63,062 nt of DNA from Bacteroidaceae bacterium. Its GTDB lineage: Bacteria; Bacteroidota; Bacteroidia; Bacteroidales; Bacteroidaceae. The number at the start of each line of letters is the position of its first letter. Within the stretch, counting starts at the first letter, position 1. The notes under the pieces were generated by a model. It did no database searches and was not told the DNA's origin. It saw only the letters and a list, made by a program, of their open reading frames with translations. A program made the position numbers and the translations under genes. Of the stretch, positions 1 to 8,778 are shown piece by piece. Where the stretch lies: assembly GCA_017647975.1 (NCBI GenBank), contig JAGCJL010000036.1:1-63062 (forward strand). Direction: 5' to 3'.

Positions 1-1
1 A

Positions 2-43
2 GAGGCTGTAGTAGCAACAGAAGAGGCTACACCTGCAGAATAA
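2..43 (+). CDS. 3' terminal fragment of an unidentified CDS entering from the left edge (...EAVVATEEATPAE*)
   Basis: Open frame from base 2 to TAA at 41-43, followed by an intrinsic terminator at 66-99. Too short to name. Confidence 0.3.
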   Translation, partial: EAVVATEEATPAE

Positions 44-65
44 TAAGTACGTACTTAAGAGATGT

Positions 66-99
66 GAGAGGATATCGTGAGATATCCTCTCATTTTTTT
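66..99 (+). terminator. Rho-independent terminator
   Basis: Perfect 11-bp stem gagaggatatc/gatatcctctc (66-76 / 81-91), loop gtga, then a T7 run at 93-99. Confidence 0.85.
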
Positions 100-115
100 A
101 TTTTTTCTTTAAATT

Positions 116-146
116 TTTGTAATCATAAAATATTAGCCTATTTTTG
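116..146 (+). promoter_or_regulatory. Bacteroidetes-type promoter (-33 TTTG / -7 TAttTTTG) with no annotated gene directly behind it
   Basis: TTTG at 116-119, a 19-nt spacer, then TATTTTTG at 139-146, matching TAnnTTTG. The next recognisable CDS (nqrA) is about 600 nt away and has its own -7 box. Confidence 0.45.
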
Positions 147-394
147 TCTTTGTTGATAAGTGCAAACAATTCAAATATACATCAATAAAATTTTCAAAGT
201 ATCTTTTAACGGCATTCCTGTTGCTTTTTGTCGTAAATGTCTCGGCGGTGGAGCGTACCACGCTCGTTGAGAAGTGATTACGGCAACGACGCTTGCTACT
301 TGATCTTCAGCGGTAGTAGTTCCGACTTGAACTTCAACTTCCGTTGCAGCGGTCAATCCGTTCGTCCTGTTTCAGAATAATTTATAATAGCATG

Positions 395-449
395 CCCTTA
401 CACTCAAGTTACAGCGGATGATTCATCCGCTGTAACTTGAGTGTAAGGG
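395..449. repeat. Perfect 55-nt palindrome (27-nt arms, centre t422)
   Basis: cccttacactcaagttacagcggatga-t-tcatccgctgtaacttgagtgtaaggg, read directly. No T-run follows it. Confidence 0.9.
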
Positions 450-488
450 TCTTTGACCCGAAGAACTCACAGGGTTAATAACCCCCAA

Positions 489-527
489 CCTCCGCATCAT
501 CGGATTGCAAATCCGATGATGCAGAGG
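489..527. repeat. 17-bp inverted-repeat hairpin with one C.A mismatch
   Basis: cctccgcatcatcggat / atccgatgatgcagagg with loop tgcaa, 39 nt after the first palindrome. Confidence 0.8.
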
Positions 528-714
528 GGACAAAAAGACAACAAAAAACAACTTTTTAAAATGTATTAAAATATCGTACCACAGAAGTTGAAAATAAAGC
601 CTGCTTTAATATTTATCAACGAGTACTCAATATATTCGCAAGGCTGTGAACATAAATTAAAACATCTACTAAAATATTTTAAAATTTCTTGTTCAAAATA
701 CGGAATTTTTTCTA

Positions 715-722
715 TAAATTTG
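715..722 (+). promoter_or_regulatory. -7 box TAaaTTTG proximal to nqrA
   Basis: Matches TAnnTTTG, 34 nt upstream of the nqrA ATG at 756. Confidence 0.5.
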
Positions 723-755
723 TGTCGGATAATGTATTAACGTAACTCAATTTAT

Positions 756-2105
756 ATGCACAGAGTCGTAAAAATTTCTAAGGGGTTGAATATCAGCCTT
801 AAAGGTGCTCCGGTTGCTGAGATGACTTCAGTTGAGACAGCGAAGCTTTATGCTTTGATGCCTGCTGATTTCACACGCGTTACTCCAAAGGTTGTTGTTA
901 AACCTGAGGATGTCGTTAAGGCCGGTGATCCTTTGTTTTTTGATAAGGAAAATCCCCAATTGCAATTTGTTTCGCCAGTAAGCGGAAAAGTTGTAGCGGT
1001 TAACCGCGGTGAGAGAAGACGCGTTCTAAGCGTAGTAGTAGAGTCAGACGGAAAGTTTGAGTCGGTAGAGTATAAAGCAAAAGATGTCTTTTCGCTTTCT
1101 GCCGAAGAAATCAAAGCCGATTTGTTGAAGGCAGGTCTGTTTGCATTTATGCGTCAGAGACCTTACGATGTTATTGCCATGCCTGGTGATACACCTCGTT
1201 CTATCTATGTGTCGGCATTTGACTCAAAGCCTTTGGCTGTTAACTTTGAGATTGCTTTGAAAGGCAACGAAGAGGATTTCCAGACAGGTCTTGATGCCTT
1301 GTCACGCATAGCACCCGTTCATTTGGGTATTTGTGCTTGCCAAAAGTCTCCTGCTCTTCAGGTTGCAAAGAATGTGGCAATTACAGCATTCAAGGGACCT
1401 CATCCCGCAGGTAACGTTGGTGTTCAGATAAACAAGACTGCTCCAATCAACAAGGGAGAGATTGTTTGGACAATCGGTGCAGAAGAGGTAATCTTTATTG
1501 GTCGTCTTTTCAATAAGGGTAAAGTTGATTTCACACGTACAGTTGCATTGGCAGGTAGTGAGGTTAAGAATCCTTCTTATAGCAAAGTGGTTCTTGGAGC
1601 TCAGATTACAAACCTTTTGGCAGGTCGTCTTGAGGAAGCTAATGAACTTCGTATCATCGATGGTAATGTCCTTACAGGTAAGAAAACAACTGCAGATGGT
1701 TTCCTCGGTGCATTCTCTACAGAGATTACTGTAATTCCAGAGAATTTGAACGATGCAGAAATACTCGGTTGGGTAGCTCCACGTTTCGGAATGTACAGTA
1801 CAAGCCGTAGCTATTTCAGTTGGCTTATGCCAAAGCGTAAGTACACAATTGATGCACGCATCAAGGGTGGTGAGCGTCATATGATCATGTCTAATGAATA
1901 TGATAAAGTATTCCCAATGGATATTTATCCAGAGTATTTGATCAAGGCAATCATTACAGGTAATATCGACAAAATGGAACAACTCGGTATATACGAGGTC
2001 GCTCCAGAGGATTTCGCACTTTGCGAGTTCGTTGATTCTTCTAAACTTGAGTTGCAGCGTATTGTACGTGAAGGTTTGGATAAATTACGTGCAGAGATGT
2101 GCTAA
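756..2105 (+). CDS. nqrA: Na+-translocating NADH:quinone reductase subunit A
   Basis: 449 aa soluble protein. It is the first of six collinear genes with the canonical nqrABCDEF order and sizes, and the N-terminus (KISKGLNISLKGAP) is NqrA-like. Confidence 0.9.
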   Translation: MHRVVKISKGLNISLKGAPVAEMTSVETAKLYALMPADFTRVTPKVVVKPEDVVKAGDPLFFDKENPQLQFVSPVSGKVVAVNRGERRRVLSVVVESDGKFESVEYKAKDVFSLSAEEIKADLLKAGLFAFMRQRPYDVIAMPGDTPRSIYVSAFDSKPLAVNFEIALKGNEEDFQTGLDALSRIAPVHLGICACQKSPALQVAKNVAITAFKGPHPAGNVGVQINKTAPINKGEIVWTIGAEEVIFIGRLFNKGKVDFTRTVALAGSEVKNPSYSKVVLGAQITNLLAGRLEEANELRIIDGNVLTGKKTTADGFLGAFSTEITVIPENLNDAEILGWVAPRFGMYSTSRSYFSWLMPKRKYTIDARIKGGERHMIMSNEYDKVFPMDIYPEYLIKAIITGNIDKMEQLGIYEVAPEDFALCEFVDSSKLELQRIVREGLDKLRAEMC

Positions 2106-2146
2106 TTATACGAGTTTAATTTCAATGCAAAATAAAATATAGTCGT

Positions 2147-3343
2147 ATGAAATTTTTGAGAAATTATATAGATAAAATCAAACCCAATTTCGAAGAGGGT
2201 GGTAAGCTACACGCTTTCCGTTCTTTGTTCGATGGCTTTGAAACATTCTTGTTCGTGCCAAACGAAACTTCGAAGAGTGGTGTGAATATTCACGATGCTA
2301 TTGACAGCAAACGTATCATGTCACTTGTTGTTATAGCTCTTGTACCTGCGATGTTGCTCGGTATGTACAACATTGGTTTGCAGAACGCAATTGCTGCGGG
2401 TACTGTTGAGACTACAACATGGTTCAGCATGTTCCTCTACGGTCTCATTGTGATGTTGCCTAAGATTGCGGTATCTTATATCGTGGGTCTTGGTATAGAG
2501 TTTACAGTAGCACAGTGGAAAAACGAAGAGATACACGAGGGCTTCCTTGTTTCGGGTATTCTAATTCCTATGATTGTTCCTGTAGGTTGTCCACTTTGGA
2601 TTCTTGCTCTTGCTACAGCATTTGCAGTAATCTTTGCTAAGGAGGTATTCGGTGGTACCGGTATGAACATCGTAAACGTGGCACTTGTTGCTCGTGCATT
2701 CATCTTCTTTGCTTATCCTTCTGTAATCTCAGGTGACTCAGTTTGGGTTGCTACAGAATCAATTTTTGGAATCGGTTCAGACGTTACAATAGATGGTTAT
2801 ACATGTGCGACAGCATTACAGCATGCAGTGAACGGCTTGGCTCCTATGGGTGCCGATAACGCGGCTCTTACAGTGAGCGATATGCTGTTCGGTTTCATGC
2901 CAGGTTCTATTGGTGAGACAAGCGTCATTGCTATTGCAATCGGTGCTGTGATTCTCCTTTGGACAGGTGTCGCAAGTTGGAAGACCATGCTCAGTGTATT
3001 CGTAGGTGGTATTGCAATGTCTTTGCTTTTCCAACACACATTGCCCGAAAATCCTGTTGCACAGGTTCCTTTCTGGCAGCACATTATCCTCGGTGGTTTC
3101 TGCTTTGGTGCAGTGTTCATGGCTACCGATCCTGTTACATCGGCTCGTACTGAAGTAGGTAAGTATATCTATGGTTTCGGTATTGGTGCAATGGCAATCC
3201 TTATCCGCGTTCTTAACCCCGGTTATCCCGAAGGTATGATGCTCGCGATATTGCTCATGAACGTAACAGCTCCGTTTATTGATTATTGTGTGGTGCAGTC
3301 AAACGTGAATGCACGTGCAAAACGTCTAACAAAAAAGAACTAA
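2147..3343 (+). CDS. nqrB: Na+-translocating NADH:quinone reductase subunit B
   Basis: 398 aa polytopic membrane protein of the NqrB/RnfD type (GGFCFGAVFMATDPVTS), second in the operon. Confidence 0.9.
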   Translation: MKFLRNYIDKIKPNFEEGGKLHAFRSLFDGFETFLFVPNETSKSGVNIHDAIDSKRIMSLVVIALVPAMLLGMYNIGLQNAIAAGTVETTTWFSMFLYGLIVMLPKIAVSYIVGLGIEFTVAQWKNEEIHEGFLVSGILIPMIVPVGCPLWILALATAFAVIFAKEVFGGTGMNIVNVALVARAFIFFAYPSVISGDSVWVATESIFGIGSDVTIDGYTCATALQHAVNGLAPMGADNAALTVSDMLFGFMPGSIGETSVIAIAIGAVILLWTGVASWKTMLSVFVGGIAMSLLFQHTLPENPVAQVPFWQHIILGGFCFGAVFMATDPVTSARTEVGKYIYGFGIGAMAILIRVLNPGYPEGMMLAILLMNVTAPFIDYCVVQSNVNARAKRLTKKN

Positions 3344-3349
3344 AAGGAT

Positions 3350-4201
3350 ATGGCAGCAAATAAATATGTTTGTAAAGTGTGCGGTTACGTACACGAAGGC
3401 AACGAGGCACCAAGTGTGTGTCCGTTGTGTAAAGCCGGTGCTTCGGAGTTCGATGCTGTCAAAGCACCAAAGAAAGGACTTGACACCAATAGCGATGTTT
3501 ATGCTATCATCTATTCGGCAGTAGTAGTTGTTATCGTTGCGTTCTTGTTGGCAGGTGTGTCATCACTCCTTTCTCCAAAGCAGATTGATAATATCCGTCT
3601 TGATAAGAAAAAGCAGATTCTTGCATCACTCAATATCAAGAATCAGGCTGATGCCGCTAAAGTATATGATGAGGTAATTAAGGCCGATCCTGTTGTAAAT
3701 GCACAGGGTGCAGTTGTTACAGAAAACGGTGGTTTTGAAGTTGCCAACGATGCTGTAAACGATGACAATCTTCCTCTTTATATAGCAGAGGTTGACGGTG
3801 CAAAAAAATATATTATTCCTATGACCGGTAATGGTCTTTGGGGTGGTATCTGGGGCTATCTTGCTCTAAACGATGATTGTAATACAATCTATGGTGTGTA
3901 TTTCTCACATGCAGGTGAAACTCCGGGTCTTGGTGCCGAAATTGCAAGTGACAAATTCCAGTCACGTTTCCCCGGCCGTGTAGTTTATCGTGACGGTCAG
4001 GTTGTTCTTTCTGTTGTGAAGAAAGTTGCAGACGAGTCAGTTGAAGTAAATGCTGTTTCTGGTGCTACAATCACTTGTAACGGTGTTGACGACATGTTGA
4101 AACGCAAGTTGGCTCCTTACAACACATATCTTGAGAATTGTGTGAAAACAAATGTTGAACCAGCAACTGCCGAGGCAGAAGCACAAGTTGTGGAGGAATA
4201 A
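3350..4201 (+). CDS. nqrC: Na+-translocating NADH:quinone reductase subunit C with an N-terminal rubredoxin-like Cys4 extension
   Basis: 283 aa. One TM helix (VYAIIYSAVVVVIVAFLLAGV) precedes an FMN-binding domain with the SGATITCNG flavinylation motif. The first 40 aa carry CxxC-x12-CxxC. The ATG lies 7 nt after the nqrB stop. Confidence 0.85.
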   Translation: MAANKYVCKVCGYVHEGNEAPSVCPLCKAGASEFDAVKAPKKGLDTNSDVYAIIYSAVVVVIVAFLLAGVSSLLSPKQIDNIRLDKKKQILASLNIKNQADAAKVYDEVIKADPVVNAQGAVVTENGGFEVANDAVNDDNLPLYIAEVDGAKKYIIPMTGNGLWGGIWGYLALNDDCNTIYGVYFSHAGETPGLGAEIASDKFQSRFPGRVVYRDGQVVLSVVKKVADESVEVNAVSGATITCNGVDDMLKRKLAPYNTYLENCVKTNVEPATAEAEAQVVEE

Positions 4202-4203
4202 TT

Positions 4204-4833
4204 ATGGGACTACTTTCTAAGAAAAATAAAGAGGCTTTGAATACTCCTCTTTTTAAAGAGAATCCTGTAACAGTGCAGGTACTCGGTATTTGTTCAGCTC
4301 TTGCTGTAACAAGTAAATTGGAACCGGCTATTGTAATGGGACTTTCAGTGACAATCATTGTTGCTATGGCCAATGTGATTATTTCACTAATTCGTAACAC
4401 AATTCCTAATCGTATCCGTATCATCGTTCAGTTGGTAGTTGTTGCTACACTTGTAACTTTGGTAAGTGAGGTTTTGAAAGCTTTTGCTTACGATGTCAGC
4501 GTTCAGTTGTCGGTATATATCGGTCTTATCATTACCAACTGTATCCTTATGGGACGTCTTGAGGCGTTTGCTATGCAGAACAAGCCTTGGCCTTCGTTCC
4601 TTGATGGTATTGGTAACGGTGTTGGTTACGCTATGATTCTTGTAATTGTTGCATTCTTCCGCGAGTTCTTCGGCTCAGGTGCTCTTCTTGGTATTCAAAT
4701 TATACCTCAGAGCCTTTATGATGCCGGTTATTTGAATAACGGTCTTATGCTTATGACACCAGCTGCGTTTATCCTTATCGCATGTATCGTATGGTATCAG
4801 AGAGCTAAGGACAAGAGCTTGCAGGAAAATTAA
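4204..4833 (+). CDS. nqrD: Na+-translocating NADH:quinone reductase subunit D
   Basis: 209 aa, six-TM NqrD/RnfE-like (ENPVTVQVLGICSALAVT), fourth in the operon. Confidence 0.9.
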   Translation: MGLLSKKNKEALNTPLFKENPVTVQVLGICSALAVTSKLEPAIVMGLSVTIIVAMANVIISLIRNTIPNRIRIIVQLVVVATLVTLVSEVLKAFAYDVSVQLSVYIGLIITNCILMGRLEAFAMQNKPWPSFLDGIGNGVGYAMILVIVAFFREFFGSGALLGIQIIPQSLYDAGYLNNGLMLMTPAAFILIACIVWYQRAKDKSLQEN

Positions 4834-4860
4834 TTTTAGATACGGTAAAGAATAGAAATT

Positions 4861-5487
4861 ATGGAACATTTCATTAGTTTACTTGTCCGTTCAGTTTTCG
4901 TGGACAATATGGTTTTTGCCTTCTTCCTTGGTATGTGTTCGTTCTTGGCTGTATCTAAGAGCGTAAAGACTGCCATGGGACTTGGTGTGGCTGTAATATT
5001 CGTTCAGGTTATCACATTGCCTGTAAACTATCTTTTGCAGACAAAGGTGCTTGCTCCTAATGCATTGGTAGAGGGAGTTGACTTGACATTCCTTGCATTT
5101 ATCCTCTTTATTGCGGTTATTGCAGGTATCGTACAGCTTGTAGAGATGATTGTAGAGCGTTTTGCTCCAGCATTGTATAATCAGTTGGGTATTTTCCTTC
5201 CACTTATTGCCGTAAACTGTGCAATCATGGGAGGTTCACTCTTCATGCAGCAGAGAATTGGTCTTGAAGCAAGCAATTCACAGGCTATTACCTGTTTTGC
5301 CGACTCTGTGGCTTTTGCAATCGGTTCAGGTCTTGGTTGGATGATTGCCATTGTACTATTTGCTGCTATACGTGAGAAAATGGAGTACTGCAACATTCCA
5401 AAGCCTCTTCGTGGTTTGGGTATCGCCTTTATCACTGTGGGCCTTATGGCAATGGCGTTCATGTGCTTCTCAGGTATTAAAATGTAA
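4861..5487 (+). CDS. nqrE: Na+-translocating NADH:quinone reductase subunit E
   Basis: 208 aa NqrE/RnfA-like membrane protein ([14 protein letters not shown]), fifth in the operon. Confidence 0.9.
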   Translation: MEHFISLLVRSVFVDNMVFAFFLGMCSFLAVSKSVKTAMGLGVAVIFVQVITLPVNYLLQTKVLAPNALVEGVDLTFLAFILFIAVIAGIVQLVEMIVERFAPALYNQLGIFLPLIAVNCAIMGGSLFMQQRIGLEASNSQAITCFADSVAFAIGSGLGWMIAIVLFAAIREKMEYCNIPKPLRGLGIAFITVGLMAMAFMCFSGIKM

Positions 5488-5501
5488 TAATAGTTAAGGA
5501 T

Positions 5502-6770
5502 ATGAATACACAGTTGATTTTATCAAGTATAGCAGTCTTCCTTGTAATCATTCTTGCTTTGGTTGTGATTCTGCTTGTTGCAAAGCGTTTCCTTCTTCCT
5601 GGCGGAAATATCAAGGTTAAGATAAATGGAGAGAATGAAGTAGAGGTTGCTGCAGGTGGAGCATTGCTTGGTACACTTGCCGAGAACGGTATTTTCTTGC
5701 CTTCAGCTTGTGGTGGTAAGGGCTCTTGCGGTCAGTGTAAGTTGCAGGTAGTAGAGGGTGGTGGCGAAATCCTTCCTTCTGAGACAAGTCACTTCACTCG
5801 TAAGGAGCAGCAGGCTCATTGGCGTTTGGGTTGTCAGGTTAAGTGTAAGAATGACATGGAAATCAAGGTGCCAGAGTCTGTTATGGGTGTTAAAGAGTGG
5901 GAGTGCGAGGTTATCTCAAATAAGAACGTTGCAACCTTCATCAAGGAGTTTATCGTTGCGTTGCCTCCCGGTGAGCACATGGACTTCGTGCCAGGTTCTT
6001 ACGCTCAGATTAAGATCCCTGCATATGATATGACTTATGACAAGGATATCGACAAGGCACTTATCGGTGATGAGTATCTTCCAGCATGGGAGAAGTTCGG
6101 TCTTTTAGGTCTCAAGTGCAAGAATACTGAAGAGACTATACGTGCTTACTCAATGGCTAACTATCCGGCCGAGGGTGACCGTATTATGTTGACAGTGCGT
6201 ATTGCAACACCTCCGTTCAAGGCTGACCGTTCAGGATTTATGGATGTACCTTGTGGTATCGCATCATCATATATCTTTACATTGAAGCCCGGTGATAAGG
6301 TTATCATGAGTGGCCCTTATGGAGACTTCCACCCAATCTTTGATTCTAAGAAAGAGATGATGTGGGTAGGTGGTGGTGCCGGTATGGCTCCTCTCCGTGC
6401 ACAGATTATGCACATGACTAAGACTCTCAAGACAACAGACCGTACAATGACATATTTCTACGGAGCACGTGCTCTTAATGAAGTATTCTATTTGGAGGAT
6501 TTCTTGCAGTTGGAAAAAGAGTTCCCCAACTTTACATTCCATCTTGCATTAGACCGTCCTGATCCCGCGGCAGATGCAGCAGGTGTGAAATATACTGCAG
6601 GATTCGTACATCAGGTTATCTATGAGACATATCTCAAAGATCACGATGCTCCCGAAGATATCGAGTACTACATGTGTGGTCCTGGTCCTATGTCTAAGGC
6701 TGTTGTGAATATGTTGACAGATCTTGGCGTAGAAGAAAAATCAATCATGTATGATAACTTTGGTGGTTAA
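5502..6770 (+). CDS. nqrF: Na+-translocating NADH:quinone reductase subunit F
   Basis: 422 aa. It has an N-terminal TM helix, a plant-type 2Fe-2S motif (CGGKGSCGQCK) and a C-terminal FAD/NADH-binding ferredoxin-reductase domain (RAYSMAN, GGGAGMAP). Confidence 0.95.
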   Translation: MNTQLILSSIAVFLVIILALVVILLVAKRFLLPGGNIKVKINGENEVEVAAGGALLGTLAENGIFLPSACGGKGSCGQCKLQVVEGGGEILPSETSHFTRKEQQAHWRLGCQVKCKNDMEIKVPESVMGVKEWECEVISNKNVATFIKEFIVALPPGEHMDFVPGSYAQIKIPAYDMTYDKDIDKALIGDEYLPAWEKFGLLGLKCKNTEETIRAYSMANYPAEGDRIMLTVRIATPPFKADRSGFMDVPCGIASSYIFTLKPGDKVIMSGPYGDFHPIFDSKKEMMWVGGGAGMAPLRAQIMHMTKTLKTTDRTMTYFYGARALNEVFYLEDFLQLEKEFPNFTFHLALDRPDPAADAAGVKYTAGFVHQVIYETYLKDHDAPEDIEYYMCGPGPMSKAVVNMLTDLGVEEKSIMYDNFGG

Positions 6771-6788
6771 TCAGGTTGATAATACAAT

Positions 6789-6825
6789 AAAAAAACAGAT
6801 GACATTCAAATGTCATCTGTTTTTT
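6789..6825. terminator. Bidirectional intrinsic terminator between convergent nqrF and the TonB-C gene
   Basis: A-run, then stem acagatgaca/tgtcatctgt (6795-6804 / 6811-6820), then a T-run. Confidence 0.85.
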
Positions 6826-6842
6826 ATTATGGAATTAAATTC

Positions 6843-7358
6843 TTATTTCGTTGGTCTGAATTGAATAGGTAGCATATAATTTACTGCTTCAGCATTCTTT
6901 TCATCCTTTACCGGTTGCCATTTGGGCATCAATTTTGCAATACGCATAGCTTCGGCATCCATAAATTTATTGCCGCTGCTTCTTAACATTTTGATGTTGG
7001 TCGGTGTTCCGTCGGGAGTAATTGTCATAGTTATGGTAACACGTCCCATTAAACGTTCAGCCTCACACTCTTTGGGATATTTCATATTTGTGCGTACAAA
7101 CTCTCTTATAGCTTTCTCACCGCCGGGGAATGTTGGTTTGTTGACAACAACTGGTGCCGCACTCTTTGCTTCTACCTTTTTGGGGCTTTCCACCTTTTTG
7201 CCAGTAGTGGCATCAATGGCACTTTCGTTTGCAGCAACTTTTTTTATTGTCGCAATTTTAACAGCCTTTGTACTGTCACTCTTTTGAGTAAGGTCCTCTG
7301 CATTTGCATGAAAAGCCATTGCAGACAACAATACTGCCGATATGAATATTTTCTTCAT
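6843..7358 (-). CDS. Secreted TonB C-terminal domain protein
   Basis: The C-terminal 90 aa match the TonB_C pattern (FPGGEKAIREFVRTNMKYPKECEAERLMGRVTITMTI...). The start is set at the internal ATG (MKKIFISAVLLSAMAFHANA signal peptide), which removes the overlap with metY. Confidence 0.7.
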   Translation of the reverse strand: MKKIFISAVLLSAMAFHANAEDLTQKSDSTKAVKIATIKKVAANESAIDATTGKKVESPKKVEAKSAAPVVVNKPTFPGGEKAIREFVRTNMKYPKECEAERLMGRVTITMTITPDGTPTNIKMLRSSGNKFMDAEAMRIAKLMPKWQPVKDEKNAEAVNYMLPIQFRPTK

Positions 7359-7368
7359 GATTTCTTTG

Positions 7369-8652
7369 TTATAATGTTTGTAAGGCTTGTTCAATGTCTG
7401 CAATAATATCCTCGGCATCTTCAATACCCACTGACAAACGTATCAAGTCTGGGTCTATTCCGGCCTCTATTAACTGTTCCTTGCTTAGTTGGCGATGTGT
7501 GTGACTTGCCGGGTTAAGTACACATGAACGTGCATCAGCAACATGTGTTACAATGGCAATCATTTTCAAACTGTCCATAAAACGGATAGCGTCCTCTTTA
7601 TCACCCTCTACAGCAAAAGCCATAACACCACAACCGCCGTTAGGGAGATACTTCTGTGCAAGTTCGTAGTATTTGCTGCTTTCAAGTCCACAATAATTTA
7701 CCCATTTTACTTTCGGGTGCTTATCAAGGTATTCTGCAACCTTCTGGGCATTTCCGCAATGGCGAGGCATGCGTAAGTGTAGTGTCTCAAGGCCTAAGTT
7801 TAGTAGAAAGGCGTTTTCGGGTGCCATCATTGCACCAAGATCACGCATTACCTGAGAAACCATCTTTGTAATGTATGCGGCATTGCCGAAGCTTTTTGTA
7901 TATATCAAGCCATGATAACTTTCATCGGGTTCGGTAAGGCAAGTGAATTTGTCATGTTGTGCTTCCCAATCGAAATTGCCACTGTCAATCACACAACCGC
8001 CTACGGCAACGGCATGTCCGTCCATATATTTTGTTGTTGAGTGTGTTACAATATCAGCTCCCCATTCAATTGGACGGCAATTTATTGGTGTTGCAAATGT
8101 GTTGTCTATAATCAAAGGAACTCCGTTGCGGTGTGCTATATCAGCGAACTTTTCAATATCAAGAACATTTACGCTGGGGTTTGAAATTGTTTCTCCGAAC
8201 AGAGCCTTTGTGTTAGGTTTGAATGCTTTTTCAATCTCTTCTGCGGGAGCATCAGCGTCAACAAAGCTTACCTCTATACCCATTTTTTTCAGTGTTACGG
8301 CAAAAAGGTTATATGTACCTCCGTAAATGGTTGTAGCAGAGATGAAATGATCACCCGATTGGCAAATGTTAAGTATGGCATAGAAATTTGCAGCCTGTCC
8401 CGATGATGTCATCACTGCACCAATTCCACCTTCCAACTGAGCTATTTTTGAACCTACAGCATCCACAGTCGGATTTTGTAAACGGCTGTAGAAATAACCA
8501 CTGTCTTCAAGGTCGAAAAGACGTGCCATCTGTTCACTTGTTTCATATTTGAAAGTTGTACTCTGGAAGATTGGTAAAACGCGAGATTCACCTTTTTTAG
8601 GTTGCCATCCTCCTTGTACACATAATGTTCCTGTATTTAATTTCTTTGTCAT
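7369..8652 (-). CDS. metY: O-acetylhomoserine sulfhydrylase / aminocarboxypropyltransferase (PLP-dependent, Cys/Met metabolism family)
   Basis: Full-length similarity pattern to MetY/CysD, with the PLP lysine motif HSTTKYMDGH. The start is taken at Met29 of the ORF (MTKKLNTGTLCVQGG). Confidence 0.85.
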   Translation of the reverse strand: MTKKLNTGTLCVQGGWQPKKGESRVLPIFQSTTFKYETSEQMARLFDLEDSGYFYSRLQNPTVDAVGSKIAQLEGGIGAVMTSSGQAANFYAILNICQSGDHFISATTIYGGTYNLFAVTLKKMGIEVSFVDADAPAEEIEKAFKPNTKALFGETISNPSVNVLDIEKFADIAHRNGVPLIIDNTFATPINCRPIEWGADIVTHSTTKYMDGHAVAVGGCVIDSGNFDWEAQHDKFTCLTEPDESYHGLIYTKSFGNAAYITKMVSQVMRDLGAMMAPENAFLLNLGLETLHLRMPRHCGNAQKVAEYLDKHPKVKWVNYCGLESSKYYELAQKYLPNGGCGVMAFAVEGDKEDAIRFMDSLKMIAIVTHVADARSCVLNPASHTHRQLSKEQLIEAGIDPDLIRLSVGIEDAEDIIADIEQALQTL

Positions 8653-8778
8653 ATTGTATATTTTTTCTAATGTTTTATTTATTATTTGTGCGAAGATAAC
8701 ACTATTCGTTGTAAAAATGATACTGATAAGTTGCATTTTTAGGTATTATGTTCCAACAAAGTGCTTCTTGGTACTATT

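Noticed and set aside
171-356. 61-aa minus-strand ORF in the nqr upstream spacer
   Set aside because: It starts at TTG, has no TAnnTTTG box upstream on that strand, and its sequence is low-complexity and non-protein-like. It coincides with the GC-rich island, which I treat as a possible RNA element (see finding). Not called as a CDS.
1302-1982. 226-aa minus-strand ORF inside nqrA
   Set aside because: It is antisense to a gene that fits the conserved nqrABCDEF operon. The Cys/Thr/Asn-rich sequence is typical of shadow frames.
8653-8778. Possible SAM riboswitch upstream of metY, and similarly a purine-responsive leader upstream of purL (11220-11381)
   Set aside because: The distance from the candidate -7 box (TAtcTTCG-like) to the ATG is only about 35-55 nt. 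That is too short for a riboswitch aptamer, and I see no conserved cores.
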